From: Squalus acanthias
Lineage: Eukaryota
Assembly: GCA_030390025.1 (NCBI GenBank)
Contig: CM059426.1
Span: 110,112,001 to 110,176,000 of the forward strand
Length of the DNA stretch: 64,000 nucleotides
Direction of reading: 5' to 3'
The notes beneath the pieces are model-generated. The model had not been told where the DNA came from. It saw only the letters and a program-made list of their open reading frames with translations, and made no database searches. Positions 37,874 to 50,369 of this stretch are shown piece after piece (the stretch's first letter is position 1; every line of letters begins with the position of its first letter). The translations under genes were made by a program, and so were the position numbers.

Positions 37874-37911
37874 TTACAAGCTTTCGGAGCTGTCGCCCCT
37901 TCGTCAGGCAA
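37874..37911 (-). ncRNA. Minimal hammerhead ribozyme, left arm
   Basis: TTGC-CTGACGA-A-GGGGC-GACA-GCTCC-GAAA-GCT-T-GTAA on the minus strand. Confidence 0.8.
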
Positions 37912-38661
37912 AGTTACTGTGAGAGAATCTATCAGAATTCACAGAATATAAAAACCCAGAGAAAATGCATAGATTAAATCTTTCCCTACATCAAAGACAC
38001 ACTAAGAGCACAGCCAAGACAATGAGATGTGTCCCAGGGGGTCCAACGCGTCAGAACACCTGCTGGCTGCATATCCTCTCCATTTTTTGTGTTTGTTTCT
38101 TGTGTTTGTTTTTTTTTATAAACTGGAAAGACCGGCAACGATGTCAAGTCACGTTCTATAGCGTGACATGAACCCGATATCCCGATTGAGGCCGTCCTCA
38201 TGAGTGCGGAACTTGGCTATCAGTTTCTGCTCGATGATTTTGCGTTGTCGTGTATCACGAAGGCCGCCTTGGAGAACGCTAACCCGCGGGTTAGCGTTCT
38301 CCAAGGCGGCCTTCGTGATACACGACAACGCAAAATCATCGAGCAGAAACTGATAGCCAAGTTCCGCACTCATGAGGACGGCCTCAATCGGGATATCGGG
38401 TTCATGTCACGCTATAGAACGTGACTTGACATCGTTGCCGGTCTTTCCAGTTTATAAAAAAAAAAAAACACAAGAAACAAACACAAAAAATGGAGAGGAT
38501 ATGCAGCCAGCAGGTGTTCTGACGCGTTGGACCCCCTGGGACACATCTCATTGTCTTGGCTGTGCTCTTAGTGTGTCTTTGATGTAGGGAAAGATTTAAT
38601 CTATGCATTTTCTCTGGGTTTTTATATTCTGTGAATTCTGATAGATTCTCTCACAGTAACT

Positions 38662-38699
38662 TTGCCTGACGAAGGGGCGACAGCTCCGAAAGCTTGTAA
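38662..38699 (+). ncRNA. Minimal hammerhead ribozyme, right arm
   Basis: Mirror copy: ttgcCTGACGAaggggcgacagctccGAAAgcttgtaa. Confidence 0.8.
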
Positions 38700-39599
38700 T
38701 TTTAAATAAATCTGTTGGACTATAACCTGGTGTTGTGCGACTTCTCATTTTTGCAATTATATAGGGCCCTGGTGAGACCACACCTGGAGAATTGTGTACA
38801 GTTTTGGTCTCCTTACCTAAGGAAGGATATACTTGCCATAGAGGGAGTGCAACGAAGGTTCACCAGACTGGTTCCTGGGATGGGGGGATTGTCCTATGAG
38901 GAGAGATTGAGTAGACTAGGCCTGTATTCTCTAGAGTTTAGAAGAATGAGAGGTGATCTCATTGAAACATACAAAATTCTTACAGGGCTTGACAGGGTAG
39001 ATGCTGGGAGGATGTTTCCCCTGGCTGGGGAGTCACAGTCTCCGAATAAGGGGTTGGCCATTAGGACTGAGATGAGGAGAAATTTCTTCACTCAGAGGGT
39101 GGTGAATCTTTGTAATTCTCTACCCCAGAGGGCGGTGGAGGCTCAGTCATTGAGTATATTCAAGACAGAGATCGATAGATTTTTGAATATTCAGGAAATC
39201 AAGTGAAATGTAGATAGTTCAGGAAAGTGGAGATGATGGAGAAGATCAGCCACGATTTTATTGAATGGTGGAGCAGGCTCGAAGGGCCAAATGGCCTACT
39301 CCTGCTTCTATTTCTTATGTTCTTACGTTCTTAATGTTTGCAAATTTGCTGCTCACCGTGGACTCAGTGATGCCCCTCCAATTATCTCCAGAACTGTGTC
39401 TTCCAGCTCTGTGCGGTTGTGAAGTCGGGCTTCCTCTGCTGTTGCTCCCAGCGGTTATGAGCCCCGTTGGCCTGCAAGAGAAAGTGACTTGTGTCAGTGA
39501 GTGAGGTGCAATGTGTTTGGGTGATGTACCTGCCATGGTTGAATAGCTGGCAGTGTGTGCAAGGTATGAGATATGGATGTGAGTCTTCAAGCAGTGGTA

Positions 39600-41022
39600 A
39601 GTGCCAAAATTTGGAGAGCTGTCCCACAGACTAATCAAGCAACAGCCTGACATAGTCATACTCTTAGAATCATACCTTTCAGCCAATGTCCCAAACGCCT
39701 CCATCACCATCCCTAGATATGTCCTGTCCCACAGGCAGGACAGACCCACCAGAGATGGCAGCAGAGTGGTGTACAGTCAGAAAGGAGTGGCCCTAGGAGT
39801 ACTCAACATTGACTCCGGACCCTTTGAAGTCTCATGGCTTCAGGCCAAGCATGGGCAAGGAAACCTCCTGCTGGTTACCACCTACCGCCCTCCCTCAGCT
39901 GATGAATCAGTACTCCTCCATGTTGAACACCACTTGGAAGAAGCACTGAGGGTAGCAAGGGCACAGAATGTACTCTGGATGGGGAACTTCAATGTCCATC
40001 ACCAAGAGTGGCTCGGTGGCACCAATACTGACCGAGCTGACTGAATCCTGAAGAATATGTCTGCCAGACTGGGCCTGCGGCAGGTGGTGAGAGAACCAAC
40101 ACGAGGGAAAACTTACTTGACCTCGTCCTCACCAATCTATCTGTCGCAGATGCATCTGTCCATGACAGCATTGGTAGCAATGACCACCGCACAGTCCTTG
40201 TGGAGACGAAGTCCTGTCTTCACACTGAGGACACCCTCCATCGTATTGTGTGGCACCACCACCGTGCTAAATGAGATAGATTCAGAACAGATCTAGCAGC
40301 TCAAAACTGGGCACCCATGAGGCACTGTAGGCCATCAGCAGCAGCAGAATTGTATTCCACCACAATCTGTAACCTCATGGCCCGGCATATCCCTCATTCT
40401 ACCATTACCATCAAGCCAGGGGACCAACCCTGGTTTAATGAGGAGTGCAGAAGAACATGCCAGGAGCAGCACCAGGCGTACCTAAAAATGAGGTGCCAAC
40501 CTGGGGAAGCAGCAACACAGAACTACATGCATACTAAACAGCGGAAACAGCATGCTAGAGACAGGGCTAAGTGATCCCACAATCAACGGATCAGATCAAA
40601 GCTCTGCAGTCCTGCCACATCCAGTTGTGAATGGTGGTGGACAATTAAGCAACTAACAGGAGGAGGAGCCTCCATAAATATCCCCATCCTCAATGATGTC
40701 GGAGCTCAGCACGTGAGTGCAAAAGACAAAGCTGAAACGTTTGCAACCATCTTAAGCCAGAAGTGCAGAGTGGATGATTCATATCGGCCTCCTCGTGAGG
40801 TCCCCACCATCACAGAAGCCAGACTTCGGCCAATTCAATTAACTCTACGTGATATCAAGAAGCGGCTGACGCACTGGATACAGCAAAGGCTATGGACCCC
40901 GACAGCATTCCGGCTGTCGTGCTGAAGACTTGTGCTCCAGAACTAGCCGCACCTCTAGCCAAGCTGTTCCATATATAGCTACAACACTGGCCTCCACCCG
41001 ACAATGTGGAAAACTGCCCAGT
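39600..41022 (+). mobile_element. Second CR1-like LINE family: AP-endonuclease to early RT
   Basis: PDIVILLESYL, RQDRP, TTYRPPS, MGNFNVHH, SNDH-type motif, PWFNEECR. Confidence 0.82.
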
Positions 41023-41049
41023 TCTAGCCTTATGATGGAGGGAAAGTCA

Positions 41050-41890
41050 TTAATGAAACAGCTGAAGATGGTTGGGCCTAGAACACTGCCCTGAGGAACT
41101 CCTGCAACGATGTCCTGGGGCTAAGATGATTGACCTCCAACAGCCACAACCACAACCATCTTCCTTTGTGCCAGGTATGACTCCAGCCAGCCAGCTGTCC
41201 CACTGATTCCCATTGACTTCAATTTTACTAGGTCTGCTTGATACCACACTCGGTCAAATGCTGCCTTGATTTCAAGGGCAGTCACTCTCACCTCACCTCT
41301 GGAATTCAGCTCTTTTGTCCATGTTTGGAGCAAGGCTGTAATAAGGTTTGGAGCTGAGTGGTCTTGGCGGAACCCAAACTGAGCATCGGTGAGCAGGTTA
41401 TTGGTGAGTAAGTGCCACTTGACAGCACTGCCAACGACCCCTTCCATCACTTTGCTGATGATTGAGAGTAGACTGTGGGGCAGTAATTGGCCAGATTGGA
41501 ATTATCCTGCTTTTTGTGGACAGAGATACCTGGGCAGTTTTCCACATTGTCGGATAGATGCCAGTGTTGTAGCTGTTACTAGAACAGCTTGGCTAGAGGC
41601 GCAGCTAGTTCTGGAGCACAAGTCTTCAGCATGACAGACGGAATATTGTCGGGGCCCATAGCCTGTGCTGTATCCAGTGTGCTCAGCTGTTTCTTGATAT
41701 TACGTGGAGTGAATTGATTTGGCTGTGACTGGCTTCTGTGATGGTGGGGACCTCAGAAGGAGGCCGAAATGGATCATCCACTCGGCCCTTCTGGCTGAAG
41801 ATCGTTGCAAATGCTTCAGCCTTGTCTTTTGCACTCGTGTGCTGGGCTCCACCATCATTGAAGATGGGGATGTTCATGGAGCCTCCTCAA
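41050..41890 (-). mobile_element. Second CR1-like family, RT fragment in opposite orientation
   Basis: DAQFGFRQDHS, ALEIKAAFDRVW, gttcctcagggcagtgttctaggccc (VPQGSVLG). Confidence 0.82.
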
Positions 41891-42649
41891 TGAGGGAAAA
41901 CAAAAATTGTGGCCCCAGTAGGCAATTGATCACCTCTGAGATTGATTACCATTCCTCCCTTTGCTGTTTGGGGCCTTTACAAGCAGTTTTCAGGTTTGTG
42001 CCAGCCAAGAAGCAAGGAACCCCTTTAAATAGCAACAGTAGTGCAGATCTCAAGAGCTGTAGCTGCATGCTATTTCTCCCCCAATTGCCTGCCCCACACT
42101 GACAGGCCCAAGGGACCACTGCTGCTCACTGTGCCTAACTAACAGGGATGATCTTGTAAAATGCTGCGTGGTCAGCTCATTGCAACTTTAGCGAGCACAG
42201 AGTTTGCTGCTTCAGTGCTGAGACCAGCAAATTTACCTTCGTATGTCTAATTGTCATACTCCAGGATAAACCATTCAGGAAGCTTTCTTGTAGAATATTT
42301 CTTTTGTCATTACAGTTACCTGTTCCTGATACAGCATATTTCGCACAATTGGTGCCTTTTGAAATTTTCAAGCCCCAAACCATATTTATGGAATAAGTAG
42401 TATAGTGCAGTGGTGTACCATACTATTCCCCAATTTGTGGGTGTTGATTACATAACCTATGAGTTCCAGCATCATGCAGCAGTTCATTTTGCCGATAAGC
42501 CAGTGCTCATAGTCCTTTATCCCCAATTTATTATTTTCTGAGATAATAGCCAATAGGTAGATTTTCAGGAGCATTCAAACTATTTGCTGCAACAATTTTA
42601 ATCAGTCAAGCCAGATCCCTCCTCAATTCGCTGAAATTAGCCCTCCTCC

Positions 42650-44456
42650 TGTGAAGTATTTTTATTCTAGATGAAAAGGGTTGTCAGAGGAGCAGTAGGG
42701 CTGATTAGGGACCAAAAGAGAGAACTATTGGTGAAGGCAGAAGGCATGGCTGAGGTATTAAGTGAATACTTTGTAGTGTTTACCATGGCAGAGGACTTTG
42801 CCAAAGCTATGGTAAACAAGGAGGGTGCTGGGATACTGGATGAGATTAAAAATAGATAAAGAGGAGGGACTAGACAGGCTGGCGGTAATTAAAGTGGATA
42901 CGTCACCTGGGTCAGATGGGATGCATCTCAGGTTTCTGAGGGAAGTAAATATTGAAATTGTGGAGGTGCTGGCCACAATCTTCCAATCCTCCTTAGATAC
43001 AGGGGTGGTGCAAAAGGAATGGAGGATTGCAAATGTTACACCCTTGTTCAAAAAAGGGGAGCAGGATAAACCTGACAATTACAGGCCTGTCAGTTTAACA
43101 TCGGTGGTGGGGAAGCTTTTAGAAATAATAATCCGGGAGAAAATTAACAGCCACTTGGACAACCATGGACTAATGAACGAGAGTCTGCATGGATTTGTTA
43201 AGGGCAAATCATGTTTGACTAACTTGATTGAGTTTTTTGATGAGATATCAGAGAGGGTGGATGTGGGCAGTGCAGTTGATGTTGTGTATATGAACTTTCA
43301 GAAGGCGTTTGATAAAGTACCACATACTAGGATTGTTAGCAAAATTGAATCCCATGGGATAAAAGGGGTAGTAGCAACATAGATACAAAATTGGCTAACG
43401 GATAGAAAACAGAGAGTTGTGGTGAATGGCTGTTTTTCAGACTTGAGGGAGGTATACAGTGGCATTCCCCAAGGTTCAGTACTAGGACCACTGCTGTTTT
43501 TGATATACATTATGACTTGGACTTGGGGGTACAGGGCACAATTTCAAAATTTGCAGATGACATGAAACTTGGAAGTGTAGTAAACACTGAGGAAGATAGC
43601 AATAGACTTCAAGAAGACATAGACAGGCTGGTGGTATGGGCGGACACATGGCAGATGAAATTCAATGCAGAGAAGTGTGAGGTGATAGATTTTAGTAGGA
43701 AGTATGAGGAGCGACCTTACACACTAAATTGTACAATTTTAAAGGGGGTGCAAGAAGAGAGAGACCTGGGGTTGCTTGTGCACAAAGGTGGCAGGACAGG
43801 TTAACAAAGCAGTTCATAAAACATATGGGATCCTGAGCTTTATAAATAGAGGCATAGAGTACAAAAGCCAGGAAGTTATGCAAAACCTATATAAAACACT
43901 AGTTCGGCCACAGCTGGAGTATTGTGTCCAATTCTGGGCACCACACTTTAAGAAGGACGTGACGGCTTTGAAGAAGGTACAGAAGAAATTTACTAGAATG
44001 GTTTCAGGAATGAGGGAATACAGTTATGTGGATAGACTCGAAGTTGGGGTTGTTCTCCTTGGAGCAGCGAAGGCTAAGACGAGATTTGATGGCAGTGTTT
44101 AAAATCATCAAGAGTTTAGATAAAGTAAATAAAGAGAGACTGTTTCCAATGGCTGAAGGGCTGATAACCAGAGGCACAGATTTAAAGTGATTGGCAAAAG
44201 AACCAGAGACGACACGAGGAAAAACTTTTTTACACAACGAGTGGTTAGGATTTGTAATGCACTGCCTGATAGGGTGGTGGAAGCAGATTCAATAGTAGCC
44301 TTCAAAAGGGAATTGGATAAATACTTGAAGGAGAAAAAAATTGCAGGGGAAAGAGTGGGAGAGTGAGACTAACTGGATTGCACTTCGAAAGAACCGGTGC
44401 AGACTCGATGGGCCAAATGGCCTCCTTCTGTGCTGTACTATTCTATGATTCTATGA
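42650..44456 (+). mobile_element. CR1 LINE, 5'-truncated
   Basis: [37 protein letters not shown]; tail ttctatgattctatga. Confidence 0.92.
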
Positions 44457-45689
44457 GTTGTACTAACTGGAGAAAAGCTACAAATAGAAGTCAATTGTGT
44501 TTCAATCCAGACATATTCTCAAACACAAACAAACTGCTCTGCAAACCAGTCCACTGGCTGGATAATAATCACATACATGTGGGAAAGCTAATCTAATGCC
44601 AGCCACACAAGCCACTGCCTACGATCCACAGAAACAAATTTTGCTTTCAGGCATTATATGCTGAGCATTTTTATTGTGAGGTGAATGTAATTATATGCTG
44701 TTACACTCTTGATGTCCCTGCAAGTTATTAGATTGTGCTAAAGGGTAAATACATCTGAAAGCCATTTTATCAAGTAGATTGAAATAAATAATTTAGTACT
44801 GAATTGAGTTCTTTTTCAACATGGCTCTCTAGTTGATTTGCAGAGATCCTCAGGGTGGCCGTAGTAAATATATTTGAGAACATAGGCCCCGGGTTGTTCA
44901 GCTTTACACTAGCCAGGGGAGACCATTACACTCAGGGAGACTGATATAAGTTAAAAAGGCAAACAATGTCTGGGCTTTAGAAAGCAGCATATTATCATAT
45001 TTAATGTCAATCTTATACGAAGCATTGAGCCATAATGATTTGCTGTTGGGCCCTGGAAACAATGGGGGATGTGATTGTTTACACTATTATTCAGTTTCAT
45101 TGGGTTGTATTTTGCACTCAACGGTAAACAAACGGCCCCAGCTGTTCATTACATTTGCACATGCATATACCCACAGACTTTCTATGGGCATTTGGACTGG
45201 AACTTACTGTAATTAGAGAGCCAAAATGGCACGTCGCCCTCTACAGGGGATCTAGGACCTGTGCAAACAGGGCAAGCAACTGTGTATCTCCTTAACCAAT
45301 CAGATTGAAGCATGATTACTGAGCCACTCGGACACGTAACTTTAGTGCAAGTTTAGTGGAAATCCCTTTTACGTGTGTAAACGGAGTTTCCGCCAAAGTT
45401 ATGGTGGTGGAGCAGGAGAAGCCGTGAGGAAATGTTTGGCAGTTCAACCCTAAAACAAGGTCTAGTGTAATGTTATTTGACAGCCTTCTGAAGATGAGGA
45501 GGATCCTGTGAAGATGCAGGAGAGATCAGTAGCTGAGACTATTAGTAAAAGGGATCTTTCTTTGTTTTCCGGGTGTTCTGAGGATTTCACCTACATATCA
45601 GGGCAATTGAAAATACTCTTCAGGATGTAAGGAGTTAGGCTACCTTAAAAACTGAAGCTAAAAATATTTATGGTAAAAAAGGGCAAAAA

Positions 45690-46045
45690 TAACCCAATTA
45701 CTTAACATCCCACCAGTATCATCTCTTTTAAAGCAGTCCACTTGATCAGCACCTCATCCACTAACCTAAACATCCACATCCTCCACTAGGAGTGCACCAT
45801 TGCTGTAGGGTGTACTATCCACAGGATGCACTGCAGCAATTCAACAAGGTTTCTTAGTCAGCATCTCCCAAACCGGTGACCTCTACCACCTGGAAGGACA
45901 AGGGCAGCAGGTGCATGGGAACACCATTACCTCTAAGTAACACACCATCCTGACTTGGATATACAGCACCATTTTTTCATCGTCACTGGGTCAAAATCCC
46001 GGAACTCCCTATCTAACAACATTGTGGAAGTATCTTCACCACATG
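45690..46045 (+). mobile_element. 3' region of the second CR1-like family; its tail resumes at 48273-48360
   Basis: tactatccacaggatgcactgcagcaa...tcactgggtcaaaatcccggaactccct; tail caccttctcaagg...cccacatccc also at 29415 and 60185. Confidence 0.65.
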
Positions 46046-46059
46046 AAGTGCTAAGGTTC

Positions 46060-48272
46060 GAGAATTTAAATTAAGGACACTACAATGGTATGAGGCGCGA
46101 GTTGGCTAGGATGGATTGGGGAACGTTACTTAAAGGGTTGATGGTGGATAGGCAATGGCAAACATTTAAAGACTGCATGGATGAACTGCAGAATTTGTTC
46201 ATCCCTGTTTGGCATAAAAATAAAACAAAAAAGGTGACTCAACCGTGGCTAACAAGGGAAATTAGGGATAGCATAAGATCCAAGGAGAGGACATATAAAT
46301 TGGCCAGGAAAAGCAGCAAACCTGAGGATTGGGAGCAGTTTAGGATTCAGCAAAGGAGGACAAAGGGATTAATTCAGAGGGGGAAAATAGAGTATGAGAG
46401 TAAGCTTTCAGGGAACATAGAAACTGACTGTAAAAACTTCTATAGATATGTGAAGAGAAAAAGATTGGTGAAGTCAAGCGTAGGTCCCTTGCAGTCAGAA
46501 TCAGGGGAATTTATAATGGGGAACAAAGAAATGGCAGACCAATTAAATACATACTTTGGTTCTGTCTTCACAAAGGAGGACACAAATAACCTCCCAGAGA
46601 TGTCGGGGAACATAGGGTCTAATGAGAGGGAGGAACTGAATGAAATCAGTATTTGTAGGGAAATGGTGTTAGGGAAATTGACGGGAATGAAGGCCGATAA
46701 ATCCCCAGGGCCTGATAATCTACATCCTAGGGTACTTAAGGAAGTGGCCCTAGAAATAATAGATGCATTGCTGGTCATCTTCCAAAATTCTATATACTCT
46801 GGAACAGTTCCCATGGATTGGAGGGTAGCTAATGTAACCCCACTATTTAAAAAAGGTGGGAGAGAGAAAACGGGGATTTATAGCCTGACATCGGTAGTGG
46901 GGAAAATGCTAGAGTCCATTATAAAAGATGTAATAGCAGAGCACTTGGAAAGCAGTGACAGGATCGGACAAAGTCAACATGGATTTACAAAAGGTAAATC
47001 ATGCTTGACTAATCTACTGGAATTTTTTGAGGATGTAACTGGTAGAATAGATAAGGGAGAACCAGTGGATGTGGTGTATTTGGACTTTCAGAAGGCTTTC
47101 GATAAGGCCCCGCATAAGAGATTAGCATGCAAAGTTAAAGCACACGGGATTTGGGGGTAAGGTACTGTCTTGGATAGAAACTGGTTGGCAGACAGGAAGC
47201 AAAGAGTTGGAATAAACGGGTCTTTTTCCGAGTGGCAGGCAGTGACTAGTGGGGTACCGCAGGGATCGGTGCTAGGACCCCAGTTATTCACAATATATAT
47301 TAATGATCTAGACAAGGGAACTAGATGTAATATCTCCAAGTTTGCAGACGACACAAAGCTGGGTGGGCATGTGTGCTGTGAGGAGGATTCAGAGAAACTC
47401 CAGTATGATTTGGACAGGTTGGGTGATTGGGCAGATGCATGGCAGATGCAGCATAATGTGGATAAATGCGAGGTTATCCACTTCGGTGGCAAAAACAGGA
47501 AGGCAGATTATTATCTGAACGGCAATAGATTGGGAAAAGGGGAAGTGCAACGAGACCTGGGTGTCCTTGTGCACCAGTCGCTGAAGGTAAGCATGCAGGT
47601 GCAGCAGGCGGTTAAGAAGGCAAATGGTATGTTGGCCTTCATAGCGAGAGGATTCGAGTACAGGAGCAAGGATGTCTTGCTGCAGTTGTACAGGGCCTTG
47701 GTGAGACCACACCTTGAGTATTGTGTGCAGTTTTGGTCGCCTTATCTGAGGAAGGATGTTTTTGCCATGGAGAGAGTGCAGCGAAGATTCACCAGACTGA
47801 TACCTGGGATGGCAGGAATGACTTATGAAGAGAGATTGGGTCGATTGGGCTTGTTTTCACTAGAGTTTAGAAGAATGAGAGGGGATCTCATTGAAACTTA
47901 TAAAATTCTAACAGGACTAGACAGACTAGATGCAGGAAGGATGTTCCCGCTGGTGGGGAATCCAGAACCAGGGGTCACAGTCTAAGGATAAGGGGTAAGC
48001 CATTTAGGACTGAGATGAGGAGGAATTTCTTCACCCAGAAAGTGGTGAACCTGTGGAATTCTCTGCCACAGAAGACAGTTGAGTCCAATTCATTAAATAT
48101 ATTCAAGAAGGAGTTACATATATTTCTTAAGGCTAAGGGGATCAAGGGATATGGGGAGAAAGCAGGGACAGGGTACTGAATTTGGATGATCAGCCATGAT
48201 CGCATTGAATGGCGGAGCAGGCTCGAGGGGCCGAATGGCCTACTCCTGCTCCTATCTTCTATGTTTCTATGT
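46060..48272 (+). mobile_element. Relatively young CR1 LINE (long ORF2 pieces of 356 aa and 271 aa, frameshifted)
   Basis: ORFs 46090-47160 and 47170-47985 carry the RT motifs including KFADD; tail ttctatgtttctatgtt. Confidence 0.94.
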
Positions 48273-48440
48273 TGCTATCACCTTCTCAAGGACAACTAGG
48301 GATGCTCAGTAAATGCCGGCCTTATCAGTGACACCCACATCCCGAAAATGAATAAAAATAAGATGCTATCAATGTGTATTAAGAATATGGAGCCCATAAA
48401 GAGTCAGCGTGGATTTAAAAGTCAGGCCTCAGAAGTCTAC

Positions 48441-49090
48441 AACAACTTGTATTGATATAGCGCCTTTAACATAGTAAAACATCCCAAGGCACTTCACAGG
48501 AGTATTATAAGACAAAATTTGACACCGAGCCACATAAGGAGAAATTGGGCAGAATTACCAAAAGCTTAGCCAAAGTGATAGGTTTTAAGGATCGTCTTAA
48601 AGGAGGAAAGACAGGGAGAGAGCTTTAGGGAGGGAATTCCAGAGCTTAGGGCCTAGGCAGCCACCAATGGTTGAACAATAAAATCAGGGATGCTCAAGAG
48701 GCCAGAATTAGCGGAACGCAAATATCTTGGGAGATTGTGGGGCTGGAGGAGATTACAGAGATAGGGAGGGGATGAAGCCATGGAGGGATTTGTAAACAAG
48801 GATGAGAATTTTAAAATCGAGGTGTTGCTTAATCGGGAGCCATTGTAGGTCAGCAAGTACAGGGGTGATGGGTGAATGGGACTTGGTGCGAGTTAGGACA
48901 CAGGCAGCCAAAGTTTTGGATGACCTCAAGTTTACATAGGGTAGGACGTGGGAGGCCAGCCAGGAGTGCATTAGAATAGTTAAGTCTAGAGGTAACAAAG
49001 ACATGAATGAGGGTTTCAGCAGCAGATGAGCTGAGAGGGGCAGAGACGGGCGATGTTACGGAGATGGAAATAGGCGGTCTTCGTTATGGC
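48441..49090 (-). mobile_element. L2-clade LINE 3' fragment
   Basis: AACVLTRTKSHSPITPVLADLQWLPIKQHLDFKILILVYKSLHG is typical of the L2 C-terminus; related pieces at ~61700-61780 and 62050-62190. Confidence 0.8.
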
Positions 49091-50369
49091 TACTGGAATT
49101 GTTTGAGGAGGCAACTAAATTATTGGATGAGGGCCATCCCATTGTTGTAAACTATTTCAATTTTTAGAAGATATTTGATCAAATTCTGCATATTAAGATC
49201 TATTATTGAGGCTCATAAAATTAATAGCAAATTAGGTAGCCACTAGAGGGCACTGTTATCAATCTGAGGTCAGACCGCGATAAAATTTAGTGGGAATTCT
49301 GTAACACTTATCTCATTCCTTTTTTAATTGTAGTTAATTAAAATATGTAATTAATTCAAATTATTGATTACATATTAATAAATAATTTTGTTGTTTATCA
49401 TGGCCCAGAATTTGCGGGAGTGGGGCATCTTGCAACGTGCCCCATTTGTGTATTTATTTTCCTCACCCTTCAGCTCAAAACATTTTTGCGCCGTAAATTA
49501 CTGGATGTGCGAGCTGATAATGGCGATGTCAATGGGGCATCTGGGACCTTGGTGAACAATGCGACCAACAGTCTATCTCCTTAACCAATGCGATTTAAGG
49601 ACAGAGAAAGAAATAGAGGAATGATAGAGAATGAAATAAGGTGAATTAGAGTCAAATTAGATACAGAAAGAGAAATAAAGAGAGGGAAAGAAAGATTGGA
49701 TTAAGAGAGAGAGAGAAAAGAGACAGAAAGGCAAAGTAGGGAAAACATTTTAAAATTTTAAAAACCTCTAGGAACAATTTACTACCTGCAGGAATGAAGC
49801 TCCACAATGGCATTGCAGGAGCATAAATCTCGTCATTAAAAGGGTCCGTATGTCATTAAGAACCAGCCCTAACTTTCTGCGGTGAGTTTAATTTGTTTTA
49901 ACGGCAAATGCAGCAATTTCTTGAAGCTCTTGAAGAATTCTGAGTTAATATTTTTCAGTGACAATTGAAGTTGTAGTTCCATTACAAGTGTGAAGGATAT
50001 GAGGCTGTATGCAGCATGCTGTGAATTTATTATGAATCTAGCACTATCAACCAGCACAGGCATAAATTAAGATCTATTTGTTATTCACTCCATATTATAG
50101 CACACCTTGGGCATTAAAATATTTATGAGTGCTCAGTTACAGTGAGGAGCATAAATTGTTTTGCTCCCATGTTCAGTGTTACGTGCCAATTTTAATTGCA
50201 CTGCTACATATAATCAGAGTTCCTCAAGGCATATTTAAGCCAACATCAGAGGAAATTTGAACAATGAGCATGGAGCAAATGACTTTTATTATAATCTGTT
50301 GAGACTATTGAGGAACAAATATTCTAGACCCATGGGGCAACTTTTGTTGCACCACTGCTCCATTTTTCA

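Larger units (their letters stand above)
37786..38751. mobile_element. PLE family B fold-back insertion: spacer-less palindrome of the element's 3' end
   Basis: Arms 37821-38286 and 38287-38752, centre aacccg|cgggtt, one visible mismatch; each arm encodes RVSVLQGGLRDTRQRKIIEQKLIAKFRTHEDGLN (cf. QRKLEEQHLIFRLGTLQPSGLN of family A); TSD tgcaattatata. Confidence 0.92.
36649..39331 (+). mobile_element. CR1 LINE, 5'-truncated, interrupted by the PLE palindrome
   Basis: ORFs 36655-37260, 37362-37785 and 38752-39206 are colinear CR1 RT; tail cttatgttcttacgttctt. Confidence 0.93.

Noticed and set aside
38149-38424. Identical 74-aa ORFs on both strands (plus twin 68/71-aa ORFs) as a bidirectional gene pair
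   Set aside because: A geometric consequence of the palindrome; only the C-terminal ~45 aa are real PLE coding sequence.
37821-38752. Palindrome as a pure sequencing fold-back artefact
   Set aside because: Provisionally rejected: the mirror stops at the element end, the CR1 continues colinearly, a 12-bp TSD is present and the arms differ at one base. Read-level confirmation is still needed.
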